This document shows positions 10,830-23,417 of a stretch of 48,574 nt of DNA, in pieces; positions within the stretch are counted from its first letter, which is position 1, and each line of letters starts with the position of its first letter. A program made the position numbers and the translations under genes. The stretch comes from Cystobasidiomycetes sp. EMM_F5. Its lineage: Eukaryota. The notes beneath the pieces are model-generated. The model had not been told where the DNA came from and did not search any database. It saw only the letters and a program-made list of their open reading frames with translations. The DNA is taken from assembly GCA_051047955.1 (NCBI GenBank), contig JBPGPT010000005.1, positions 682,001-730,574 of the forward strand, given 5' to 3'.

Positions 10830-11862
10830 TTGGTTGAAAGTCAACGAGCGAGTGAGTAGATTTATATGGTGACATGGGGCCACACTGATTGGATGTTGAG
10901 CAGGTTGCGAAAAACACAAACGACAGCGTAGTCCTTCTGTTATTACAAAAGAACAGCGTGATTTACGAGTCATAATGCAAAACATCAAAGATATTCCCTG
11001 CACTTTTACGTGTGCACAGATCATGCGCTCTTTATGCCCACTACCTCTTTTCTGCCTGCTCCCATTCTTCAGCCGGTGTGCATTCACGCATCACCCTATC
11101 CGTACTGGCGACCAGATCACACCGAGAGCAGCATGTCGTTTCTAGATTCCATTTCATCTGACTTCACGTCTGTGAAAACAACCTCACAGCTTCGTCACGC
11201 TTATTCCCATTTTCTCACTTCCGGGCCCAAACTCCAAGACGGAGCAAGTCTTGTCTGACAGTCTCGCTACGCATCCTGCTGAGTGTTGCCCTATTCCTTT
11301 TACCTTTTAATGATGCCTCTGTCTGTGGCTTTCGCAGACAGACGTAATTCCACGTGCTTTTAGGCGGTCATGCACTTGTGCTGTTGTCAAGCATACTTAG
11401 TCGTACCTTCAATTGCAATGCTAGTCTTTCAGACCAATGCAGTTTTCTCAATTGCTTTCTTTGCCCTCGCTTTGCCTTTTCTCCTCAATCCTGGCATCTC
11501 GAGCTGCGATGCGAGCTGCTATGCCAGATCTGTCTCCGCCCGACCATTAGACTGGCGGGAATGACAACTCCAGCTGCACTGGACACGATATGCAAGCCAT
11601 ACAGCACCTCGCCGTGTCACTGACGTACTCGACGCACAGACTTCCGTGCTGACTCTGACCGAGCTCCGTATCAACAGCTTCGGAGTGCCAAACATGGCCT
11701 GCGAGTTCCGTGGCCGAACGAGTGACATTGTCGCGTTCAGGCAGAGTATCTCGCTGTTTCGTTATCTCTGCGTCAAGTCTTACTCGCACACTCACACTCC
11801 CTTCATAATTCGATACACCCACCCACACTCATTTTGCATCTCGACTTGCGCTGTCGAGCGTC

Positions 11863-13231
11863 ATGGCACACTTTCACAGCTCAACAAAGCCCGAGACCAA
11901 GCCAGACTACGCTCTCGTCAGCGAAGCACAAGCAACGGGTACGTAAAGTGGTATTGCAGTGCAGTCCTTTGCAAAGCGCGGGGCTTACGTCGTATCGCTC
12001 TACTTTTCAGCCGATTTCTACGCAGCCGCTAACAGGGAGCCCGTGCGCTACGTCCGCGGCGAGAGGCGCAGTAAAAGGATCTCCACCCATGTCATCTATG
12101 GCGGAATAGCAATCGCACTCATCCTCATCCTCACGTTTGCCGTTTCTGGCCATGGCATGTTTGATACAAACTCTCCTTCTTCTCCCACCGTCTCTACCGT
12201 ACCCGCCAACGGACCTGCTGCAGAGCTACTGTTGGCTACTCCAGATGATGATGATTCATTCGAGACCACTTTAGACAATGTCGAGACTACCTCGTCTTCG
12301 CAGGCCGCAATGCCTGTCGCTACTCCGGGTGCGGATGATGAAAAGGTAGAAGAGCAAATTCCGGAGCAGGGAAATGAACAAGACGAAGACGAAGATATTG
12401 CCAACTCGAATTACAAAGGTCTCAAGGTTGTCGATCAGGATGATGACAAGGTTGTTGATCAGGATGATGACAAGACTGTCAATGACGATGATGATCAAGG
12501 GGACCACGAAAAGTCTGGAGACGTGGAGGAAGAACAGCAACTGATTGCGGATGTCAAAGCCAAGTACGAACGATACCGCTTGTAATAAGCCAATATACCA
12601 TGCTGATGCCTTGTCTTACAGTGAGGAGCAACTTACATCTAACTCTACTGCGACGTCCGACGATGAGGTAGAGAAGGAAGCGCAGGAGGATGCAGTTATC
12701 CTGGAGCAGCAAGCTACTCTGAAATCCACCAATTCCACACGCACCACTTTCACCACCTCTACAACCACTGACGCAGAATACACTCCCATCTTTCACGCAG
12801 AAGAAGTAACTGTTCCACTCAAGGCTACACTTCCTGATGATATGGAGGAAGAGCCTCTACTTGAGCAAGACGAGGAGAAGGCAGACGAGCTCAAGGAGGA
12901 GTCTGAGCTCGAGGAGGGTGCAGAGAAGCATGAAGAAGCCAAAGAGGATAGCGCCGAAGACGAGAAGGTAGAGGCGAGCGAGGAGGATGGACATGAGGAT
13001 GGTGAGGACAAGGAGCAGAGTGAAAAAGGTGGAAACGACGAAGCTTCGGAGACTGCCCCCGATGAGGAAGACGAAGACAACGACGGCAAAGCAACGCTCG
13101 ATGCTGAAGATGACGAGCAGCAAGCCAAAGAGGAAGAGAATGACAACGACGTCAATCTTCGCCGTCGCCATCTTCGCTGGGTCAAAGGCAGTGATCGCGC
13201 ACAACGCATGGCTCGTCGCGTCAGATACTGA
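11863..13231 (+). CDS. Hypothetical type II membrane protein with very acidic (D/E-rich) ectodomain and basic C-terminal tail
   Basis: ATG at 11863 and intron 11939-12025. TM segment VIYGGIAIALILILTFAVS follows a basic patch. A second intron (~12564-12621) joins ORFs 11959-12585 and 12545-13231. Confidence 0.7.
12424..12495 (+). repeat. 24-bp coding tandem repeat x3 (KVVDQDDD KVVDQDDD KTVNDDDD)
   Basis: aaggttgtcgatcaggatgatgac / aaggttgttgatcaggatgatgac / aagactgtcaatgacgatgatgat. Confidence 0.85.
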
Positions 13232-13466
13232 TGTCGCCGGTCGATAATACCCACGCTCAATCTCCCGTTCCCTTACACTGCTTAGATTAGCCATATATCT
13301 TCTTGAGTATCTCAGTGATTTAGAAGGCCATTACAGTCTAGAAATCTATCTTGCTAAAGCACTGCCAGCTTTGCCACTTCGTCCCGGCTCCACATTGTTC
13401 CAAGTTGCAGTCTTTTAGTCGCTTGAGCCTCAAGAAAGTTCGATTCAGACTGCATCGTCGTATGCA

Positions 13467-15219
13467 ATGAGCGGCCGCCGTCTGCCCATTCTGTCTGACG
13501 CTGCACTGGATACGGCTGCGCATACCCGGACATCCCCAAACTACGTCAGGCGGTCTCACTATGCTGTTGCGCTGGCGAGCTCGGCAATCCTCTGCATCTT
13601 ATCACTGCACGCTCTGTCATCGTATGCACCGCTCAACATTCCCACAGGATCCCACGATGAACTCTTGCAGAAGCCGGAACTGACGACGTCTTCAGTCGGA
13701 GAAGGCGCATCTTGGAACTCGGTCGCAGCAGCGCTCGGAGGATTCAGTACTTCATTCGTGCACTCTCCTGCGCTCAACATATCATGGCTCGCTAGACCTG
13801 CTGGTTTCGGGACACGTATACCGGAGGATGTAGGCCTCACCGGGGTCATCGAGGGAATAGAGGATTACGCTGCCAAGGAATACCATGACGTGCAAGATGT
13901 TCAACGCGATACTCGAGGATGTAATGTGGACGCCAGGGCTTTAATGCATGCCAATCCCGCGTACAGTGCTTTCAACGCCACCACTCCGTCCAATAATCAC
14001 ACTCTACCTGTACGCCGGATCGCGCTAATACAGCGCGGAGAGTGCTCCTTTGTCATCAAGCTACTTAATGCTCAAGCCCTCAACTTTGATGCGGTGATTG
14101 TGTACAATGACGCACAGCACGCGGCAGACGCGCAGCGGTCTCCATCGCCAATTTCACACACAGTCCCGTCTGATGAAGCCGAGCTCATCAGCATGTGGTC
14201 GCCGCTACGAGAAGCTGGCCGTATACAGATACCCAGCGTCTTTGTTGCCCACAAGTCGGGCAACACGATAGCGGAATTGGCAAGGTTGGCAAAGGCGGAA
14301 GGCAATAAGCTGACGATTGTGCTGGAGCCAGAAGAAGTGCCGAGGTTGTAAGTCACGATCCATGGTACCAGCAATGTCTGTCCATTTGCTGAGGCGAATT
14401 GAACTTCGCAGACTCTTCCTGGATATCGTTCTAGTCCTGTTCTTCCTGCCTACCATATCAACAATGGTAGTGATTGTCATCTCCAGAGTCCGTCACGAAC
14501 GACGTCGGCGTCGAATGCGAGCACCAAAGTCACTAGTTGACAGCCTGCCTACGTTCCGCTGGTCTGAAAGCCTCTTAGACCACGATGGTGATGCGTCTAT
14601 GATCACAGTGTCTGCAGAGAAGCCTCGCGACACGTCATTGGCTGAAGGAGGCAAGCAGGTCTCCGCGCAAAGCAAGGCACGATTTACATCTCTGTCAAAG
14701 CAGCTGGCTCGAGCAGTATTCTGGCGAAGTCGATCATACTTTGCAGCCGATCCTACAGTCATCATCGACAACAGCAAGGAAGCGGCACTCCTCTCCTCCA
14801 GACAGACTCGTGCTCTCGCACACAAGATCTTCTCGCAGCGAGAGTGCGCAATCTGCTTGTCCGACTTTGTCAATGATGACGATGTCCGCTTGCTCCCGTG
14901 TGGACATCTCTTTCATCAGTCGGAGATCGACTCGTGGCTCATCAAGCAGAGAAGATGGTGTCCCGTCTGTCGTTGTTCAGTCGATGGAACTCGAGAGGAC
15001 GTCGAGAGCGGGCCAATTCAGCCAAATGGCAACGATGTCGAGAGCGGTTTGGGCAGTCGGGACGCTGAGAATGGAGGTGGACAACCCGTTCATGCCCATG
15101 CTCAGCCTATTATCACGCGCGAAGACATCGAGGCCGCCGAACACTACGTTCCCGTCGCGAGCTCATCGACTTCTGCCTACACCGAGCGAACTCCTCTGAT
15201 TCGATCGCGAGAGTCCTGA
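13467..15219 (+). CDS. PA-domain transmembrane RING-H2 E3 ubiquitin ligase (RNF13/RMR-like)
   Basis: N-terminal hydrophobic anchor, PA domain (ARPAGFG; IALIQRGECSFVIKLLNAQ..AVIVYND; IPSVFV), TM segment, then RING CAIC..LPCGHLFH..IDSWL..CPVC. One intron at ~14348-14411. Confidence 0.9.
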
Positions 15220-15525
15220 TTCTACGAGTGGTCAGTCAGCACATGTGGTTTCCAAATTTTGATTCTGGAGTCAGTAAAGTGGGGTTGCGAAGTTAGTATG
15301 TGTATAGAAGGAATTCCCAGTCCATTTCTGGCGGTCGCGGTCATATATGTGTAGCCAGTACCGTATGTAGCGATACCCGGATCAATACAACCTACATGCA
15401 TTTGTGAACCGCTCTCGGTCTTTACGCATTTTACCCGTTGACGCGTTCACTTCACTCAAACGACATGCGGTCAAGCACATTTCCTGCCACTATGATGAGG
15501 AGATGAAGAGCAGACCAACTATGCC

Positions 15526-17714
15526 ATGTCAGTTGCCGGCTCTGATGGTTCTGACCGCAGTCAGCAAGCCGCACCAGGTCCTACTCGTGCCGGCATTGAT
15601 CAAAGATTTCCACATGCCCTAAGCCTCAAGGTCTGCAGTAGATATGGTTTCGCTCGCTATCTCAACTAACACTGTTGTGTATTGCAGGTTCTGCGAGCTT
15701 CGCGCCCGCACTTGGGCGTATCGCCAGATCTATACCATGACCGCACGAGCGCCTCTTCGTCCGGCTTCACCTTGACGCCTCTATTAGCTCTGCCGTACGT
15801 AGTTGTACGGAATACAAGATTGCAGGCTCCCTGAGACATGCGTTACATTATCCAGCACGGCGTTTGGCAACATCAATCTCGGGGAAACATTCTCTGGCAT
15901 TGTTATCGCAAGCAACGAAAGTCGCGATGTAGCCTACAATGCTACAATGCGTGTCGAGATGCAGACTGCCACAGCGAGGATCAAGCTATGGGAAAGCTTG
16001 TTACCAGACGCCGATAAAGCTGTTCCGCTGGCTCCAGGTCAAGCCATCGAAGCCCCTTTACTGGAACACGAGATTCGCGAGCCTGGCCTGCATGCCCTCG
16101 TCTGCAGCGTATCTTACTGGGCCAGTGGACCGCAGTCATACATGGACATCGCCAACAAACCGGAGCTCGTCCATAGGTCATTCAGAAAATTATTCAAGTT
16201 TCAGGTGGGAGTGGAGACAGATGCTGTTTTGTGCATGTGCGCCTGCCCAACTGACAAGACACCTTGTCCAGGTCACAAATCCTCTGTCAGTCAAGACCAA
16301 GGTACATGCCTCTCGGAATATTGCCGCGGCTCTGGACGAAACGATGCAATGTACATCGTTCCTCGAAGTCCAAGTGCAGAACCTCGCTCCCGAGCCACTC
16401 TTGTTTGAGAGCCTGATCTTCCACCCTAATCCAGGTCTAGAAGTGCAGGATTTGACTGTCAAGCCCACCTCGCCTATACAGTCAGGCGACATTGTGCAAT
16501 GTCTCTTCATTGTAGCGCCCACTAAGGAGCAACATCCCGAAGTATACCAAAGAGCTGTACGCGGTGGAGGTGTTATGCATTTAGGCAAGCTAGACGTTCG
16601 GTGGAGAGGTCGTATGGGCGAACCCGGCCACCTATCGACAAGCCAATTAATTCGTAGGCTTCCCTTGCCGATACCCGTTAGACTCGTTGCGGAAACTGCA
16701 GAGATTTCCTTACGGCCGCCACTCTTGCCAGCGGTGACTAGCGAGGCAATGACATACCGAAACAGTCAGAACAGTGACACAAGTTATACAAGCACAAGAT
16801 CGCTGGCGAAGGATAGCTTGCGGTTTCCAGGACGACCACCATCTCCGATGTCAGCATCGTCTAGACCGTCTTCCCCGACTCATCCGCAAGCCAGTCGTTT
16901 CGCTCTACATAACACCGACTTGTACGCGACATTGTTTGTCAAGCCCCCAAGTTCGACATCAGTACCCCTTGGAGACGCTTTCACAATAGACTTCGAGCTC
17001 AAAATCTCGTCAACGGTTCGCTCCAGTAGATTTCGTCAAAGACGTCTCAAACTCGCCGCTCAACACGTAAATTACCACGATGAGCAATGGCGTACAACCA
17101 AAGATACAGGCGATGAGAACATCTCCGCTGCAGATGCCAGCTCCGCTTCTTACAGTATGCAACAATCGCTTCAACCCGAAAGAACGATACCTGAAATAGC
17201 TTTAGAAGGTGACTCACAACCAGCAAGAGTACCGACTTCGGGCTACCTTCCGCCACCCGTTCCTCTCGATAATAGCAACCCATTCCGCCGTCCCGATCTG
17301 ACTGTTATTGACGAGAATGCGACATTACCCAGCAGTCGAATATCATTTCTTGGTTCATCGCTTGTTGAGCTCGCACCCATCACCCTCCGGCATCTACCGC
17401 AAGCTACAGAGGCTTCAGATCTCAGCAGTATCTCCAGCCGGCGGCAGAGCGTCGAGTCAGCAAAAACCGATGAGCAATCGCTAGCGGAAATTATTGATCG
17501 CAAGGGCCGTCCTGACACCGCAGAAATTCGCGCTCATTTCAGCCTTACATACCTGCCATTGCAGTACGGTATTCATGCGGTTGGAGGTGTACGCATTCTG
17601 CTGCTGGAGGATATTTGGATCGGTACAGACGCAACTACGGCAACCGAAATATCTGGTTTACCGCCCTGTAACATCGTTGAACATACCATCATTGCGGAAG
17701 TGCTGGTCGAATGA
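15526..17714 (+). CDS. TRAPPC13: TRAPP complex subunit TRAPPC13 (DUF974/Trs65-like)
   Basis: HALSLK|VLRASRP, FGNINLGETF, EHEIREPGLHALVCSVSY, FRKLFKFQ|VTNPLSVKTKV, FLEVQVQN and LGKLDVRWRGRMGEPGHLSTSQL. Three introns. Confidence 0.9.
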
Positions 17715-19152
17715 ACAGTCCGCCGAGCGCTTCTGAGCATAAAGATGACGCCTTATTCTCTGGCTATCGTTGCTTACAGGGCTGCTAAGGCTGAGTACGT
17801 CCGTTGAGCTTGGAGATCACGTCCAACCCCTCCAAAGGAGATCAACGGAGATTGAGTACGCGATATAAGGCACCCAAACAGAAGAAGCTCCGTCCGCAAT
17901 GTTTCTCAGGCCGCATCTTTTGCTTGCGCCCTTCCAGCAGGCATACTGCGGCATAATTGCATGGCTGTCAGGACTGCCTCGTGAGGTTAGATTATCACGT
18001 CTTCTGTAGAGTCAGCTTTCGCTCGAATCGCCTCAAGAGGTGTGCATCCAGCCCCGAAACGCATGAGCACATGTTGAATGTCCTTGACAAGTCCGCATCG
18101 ATATCGTTGGACAACGTCTAGGATCAGTAGTTTACAACCATTAGTTTCATCTGGAGTTGTTGGTAGCCTAGAGACATCATTGCGAAAGAAAGCTTTAGGC
18201 CTTTATTTTGCCACCAAATTGTCACATCCTGTTCATTTCACCTTTGATGAACGGTTACGTCTCACCAAACATGGCCATGCATTCATACGCAATACATGCT
18301 GCGAGGCAGACTTGCAGGCTGTGTGGAAGTCGTCTGCTGCAGGTTGTGCCGAAGCAGCTTCCTCAGCAGTCGTGTGCAAGCACTTCAGCGACCTCATCGT
18401 ACTGGGCATCCTCGATGTTCTCGCCGCGACATCGCGGATTGAGCTCATTGTCTCGAATGTCAAGACGCCCAGACTCCGTCGTTGTGATCAGCAGAAGGAC
18501 ATTCGCAACCGTACTTGAACGACCTACGATAGAAGAAGACGAGCTGCCGGTACCAATAGTCGCTGAAGGTGCAGAAACGGCTGCTGATACTCTCAATATT
18601 ACCGCCGCCGCAGAGAAGGTGTGTCATTAGTGCAAGTCTGACAACTATGCGTGGCTGAGACTGTATCAACCTTGGTCGTCCGCAGCAGCTGGCACGAATA
18701 CAAGAGCGTAATAAAGACCCAAATCTTGCTTTGCGTATACTTGTCGAAAGTGGAGGATGTCATGGATACAGCACCAAGCTCCAGGTAGCGGATATACGAA
18801 AAGACCGCCAGCCTGACGATTAGTGAGCAGTGCCAGCCGTTGCATGCAATGTCACGATGTAGCTGATGCACTAAGTGCAGCGTTCTGACTGCTAATGCCT
18901 CCGCTGGCAATGCGATGCGGGCGGGACTGCTCCTCGTCGATGCACTCACATTGTCTCTAGTCAAAGGATCGACATTGGACTATGCCACAGAACTCATTGG
19001 CAGTAGCTTCCGCTTACTTGACAACCCCCAAGCGAGCGGGAAGGGTTGCGGTTGCGGTATCTCATGGGAGCTCAAAATCTGATATTTTTCAATCGAATAT
19101 GTGTTCCACCATGTAGCATATTGTTTAGCAGGAAATCAGAAAGAAACATTAA

Positions 19153-22100
19153 TCAAACAACAGAACTGCTGGTACTCCGTCTACTCATGTCATGTCGTCG
19201 CTGCGCTATGGGACTTAATACGCCATTACCGCTTCCTCCCAGATTGAGCATCCCCAAGCCTTGTCCTACTATATTGTGAACCGCCGCTTGCACGCCAACG
19301 GCAGTAGTCTTGACCGTGAATAAGCGCACACTGCTCTCTCGCCATACCCAGAACGCCTCCAGGCTGTGAACATAAATGCTACCCCAGGCCAGGCTGGTTA
19401 GCCAGATAGCAGAATGGGTTGAATGTACAAAACGTCGCGAGCGAATGGAAGGTGCTGGCGGTAACAGGCCGACGAGGTTGGCGCTGCGCAGATACTCGAT
19501 GACAGCGGTGTTGGACGAGAGTGCAGATAGAGATGAGACTTTCGGCAAGAATTCGCTAATCATAATCAGGATGGAATCGATAGGCAGGCCTTCCCGCCAG
19601 GAAGCGACCCAGTTCTCTGTAGGCTGGAAACCATTTATTGCTGTGAAAGGGCCTTCGCCATCTGTGTCGTCTATACCAGCATGATGGTTCCCATACAAGG
19701 TCAGCTGTGAGGCAGATCGCTGCGGTAATTTCCCTCGTGATTTCTCACTCATCGTGGCCATTCTTGGTGGATATTCCAGAACCGGAGATGTAGGTTGTGA
19801 CGGGACGCGCTGAGTCGTCTCCGGTAGGTCCGGACGCTGTTGCTGATTTTGCAACGACATCTTTTCCGCATCGACACCCCTCATACTCGGATCCTCATTG
19901 GGGTCCGAGACCATTCGTGTGGTCTCAAGGCTGTACTCGCTGGCAAGAGAGGTGCGGCGTGAGGTCTTGCCAGATCCGGACTGACCTACTCCTTGTCTAC
20001 GACGTCGCGTAGCACGGATAACAGCGACGCCTTCGGCAAGTGTGAAATTTGCTAGCTCCTCGAAGCGAGCGTGAGATCGCACGATCGCATAGACAAGATT
20101 GGGACAGTCTGATCATGACGACATCAGCCCAGTCTCCGGCAATATGAGACGAAACGCAACGAACCAGATAATTGATAGTGAATAATATTGTTGAATGCTT
20201 CCAGCAGATAGAACGTTAGTCTTGGATTGGCCTCGTCGGACAATAGGAAATTTGGGGCAGACATTGCCATAAAGAGCTGCACGAGCTGCGTAGCAGATCG
20301 AATTGACGGGTTCTTGATGTACGGAGACACGTTGGTGAGGGTGAGTATGAAGGCAGGATAGATGGCGTTCAAAGCGCCCTTGGAGGCAAAAATAAGATGG
20401 TAGATTTGCTGGATGAGGAAGTCTGCTGCAGTCCCCGCTACAGCGTACCGACTAGGTAGTGGGATGTCACTGCTGAGCGCTACGTTGAGCGATGCCCCAA
20501 ACGCTCTCTCGGCCGAGAGCGTTTGCAGAAGAAAAGCAGACAGCTTTACCAGGCCGAGTTGCGCTGAGACACGTGTATTGCGTCAGTCACAAACGAATTG
20601 TGTTGTGGAACTAAACTGACCAGCGTCCTCTTTGAATTCCAAGCAGAAGAATAACAGAACGGACAGCATGAGGTGTACATTCTGTGGACGCTCCAGGAGG
20701 TGAGCCACAAATTTCTAGCACCGCAGATTCCATCAATTACGAGAACGAAGCGCGGTAGAGTTCAGCTTACCGGATTGCAGTCGACGATACGCCACAATAG
20801 GATAAGAAAGTCTGTTGCCATGGCTGGAGAAGGTAAAGTCGCGAGACCTGCAACATTGAGCGGCAAGGACAACAAGCTGGATCCAAGAGGTTGCATGAGT
20901 ATAGTGGAGATGTTCTGTAGTACATGTAGCGTCAGCCTTCATGCGTTGATGTACGCTTTTGGGGTTCAATACCTCCGCGATGAAAGAAAGGTCACTGGTA
21001 CGATGTATTTTACTTATGTAGGAGCGGAACACGTTGTTCACACCGCGTTCAGCATACTCACCTGGCGCTGGAGAGAAATAATCCTTGCGCTGGGAGGCAC
21101 TGGGTGTCTGCCTTACTGGCGACACAATGCCGTCCTGTCTGCTGTCGTCGCGCAAATCTACTTCGGATGCCTCCGAAGAGGGTGCGACGAGTAATGCATT
21201 CAGGACCTGGACACAAAGCTTGGCCAAAGCGACTCGTGGGGCGTCTTCCTTGCGCTTTCCTCCACTGACCAACTTCTCGTAGCCTTCGCCTACCGCCCCG
21301 CCGACGGCACCTACTATACCAGAAGAGCTTGCAGCGTGCATTGCTCCCGACTTGAGTGATGTGTTGAGCAGAGAACACAGTATAGTCAGTCTGACTTTTC
21401 GAGATCGGGCTGACGAAGAGGCTGCATTGCCAGTCATATACGCGTGCCAGCGATTCACAGGAGACGATAGTGACTGCGTCATGCCACTGAATGAGCTCTC
21501 GTATGCAGAATGATTGTGGAGCGGGGTGTAGGCCGATGTGGGAATGTACAGAGTCTTACTGAGCAGGACAAGTAGGAAGCGTAGCACCTCTACCCGCTTA
21601 GAATCGGTCTCCCGATTTGACGGAAGTGAAGCTGTAGCCCCTATGCCGTTCTCCCAAATCTGGTAAGATACCCGTTTCGCTCCAATACTCGACGGAAGAG
21701 TGAAACCCGGCACAAACAATAAATCGATTGTCGCGTGCAGGAGGCGTTCGCCTCGATAAGTAGGTGCATTTGATGTGTTGCTTTTCGACTTTGAGGATAT
21801 GGGAGACGCGGGCGCTGCCGACTGCATGCTTGTGTCAGCCTCTTCATCATCCTGAATGACGAATTGGCTTGGTGCACTAAGACCGTTTCCGCTAGAGTCC
21901 GGAGCCAAAGCCTTCCAGAAGACATCGTCTTCCAGAGAAGTGTCTTCGTGCGCGAATATATGGGGAATGAGCCGGCTGAGCAGTCGCAGGCAATTGAGCA
22001 ACTCGCGATTGAGATCATGCTCGGGACTGATTCCAGAATGTCCTATCGCTTTGGGAGCAGCGAAAGAAGGCAGGAGAGAAGTGAAGCCAGTCTTAGCATC

Positions 22101-22488
22101 CACTTGTTGAGGGAAAGTGGGATCCGCAAAGATGGACTGCAAGCGGTCACATGTCGCAATGACCAGATTGACGATGTTCTCAGGGTAAGTCGCCAATCCA
22201 CGCGTGATGTCGTTACTCGTTACGAGATTCAATACATCGTAAGCTGTCTCTGGTATGGTCCAGTAGAGTGCCCAGTATCGATGTTCGCTTTGCGGTATCA
22301 GCGACGTGTATAGTCGCGGTAGATGCTCGCTTCGAAAAGTTAGCTTGGGGTCGGATGGAGCGCTGAAAGGATTACTGTGGGCATGATATCACATCAGCAC
22401 AGCAATGTAGGCAATTACCCCGGCGTGAACGGCTCAATAGGTTCAGGTACTGCACGTACAGCTTGAGTGCACGAGGTAAGCTAAACAT
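19153..22488 (-). CDS. HID1: HID1/Ecm30 family Golgi/dense-core trafficking protein
   Basis: N-terminus KLTFRSEHL..YWALYWTIPETAYDVLNLV. Also LNCLRLLSRLIPHIF, DLLFVPGFT..YQIWENGIG, NVSPYIKN..APNFLLSDEAN..LLEAFNNIIHYQ and FQPTENWVASWREGLP. Multi-exon. Confidence 0.92.
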
Positions 22489-22661
22489 GGCGGATGATTT
22501 GAATGGTAAAGATTCATGTGTTGGCTGCTAATGCTCGAGAACAATAGCGCTCTTAGCAGGATATGACATGTTTGTGTCGTGCGAACGAAATATTTGCGTG
22601 CAGCCGAGCGAGTGTCAGATGCAAGCAATCGTTTAGCTCTTGCCAAAACTTGACCCTAACC

Positions 22662-23192
22662 ATGTCTGGACGTCAAGGCGGCAAATTGAGTACGCAGTAA
22701 TGACCATAATAACTATGCATATGGACTGGCGGAGTATGGCCAAGCTGATGGCAAATGGCTTGTACAACCATCAGAGCCTTTGAAAGCTGCAAAGAAAGAT
22801 CACAAGGATGAGGACGATGATGACAAGGCGCACAAGGCAAAGGTTGGTTATTCAACTGGCGCCGAGCAACCGGATGCTTTTGGTCTGGTCTAATGGCCCA
22901 AAGACGCCCGTACTGATATAATGCTCGACGTCCGTTGCGCTCGTGTAGCTCGCTGCCGACAAAAAGGCAGAGCAGGACTTGAAGAATCAGCTAGCAGGCA
23001 AGAAGGGACCATTGAATATGTGAGCTGCCTGACAACTGCCTTCGGCTTCAGCCGAGCATGCATACTAATAACTGGATTTCGTATATTACTAGGGGTGGCC
23101 AGGGCATCAAGAAGTGAGCGAGCATTATTGCGATTCTGCACATTGTGAAACGATGTAGACTGATCGCCTATGGTAGATCCGGCAAATCGTAA
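22662..23192 (+). CDS. TMA7: Translation machinery-associated protein 7 (TMA7/CCDC72), 5 exons, 67 aa
   Basis: Exons 22662-22689, 22775-22842, 22949-23019, 23093-23113 and 23177-23192 give MSGRQGGKLKPLKAAKKDHKDEDDDDKAHKAKLAADKKAEQDLKNQLAGKKGPLNMGGQGIKKSGKS*. Not in the ORF track. Confidence 0.95.
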
Positions 23193-23417
23193 TACTTTAC
23201 GCGAATATGTTGCATTATGTGCATAATCCTAGTAGCCTTGGTTTCTGCCATCAAGGCTTTCTTTAATTTAGCAGTTGTTGTGCAAGGTAGTCTGCATTGT
23301 ATTATCATACAAATCGTAATGTTTCGCGTCGTCTTCGCTCGGCGTACGTCTCTTGACCTTCGAGTTGCGCTTCGTTCGTTTCGACCGACTTTCAATTCGC
23401 TGCGATTCTGCACGTCC

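Noticed and set aside
12793..13294. Long antisense Ser-rich and Leu/Phe-rich ORFs (also 25069-25404 and 40835-41314)
   Set aside because: They are shadow frames of acidic or low-complexity coding sequence on the opposite strand.
22817..22916. Apparent C/D box snoRNA (ATGATGA ... CTGA)
   Set aside because: The ATGATGA lies in the Asp codons (DDDD) of TMA7 exon 2, and the CTGA is the likely branch point of the next intron.
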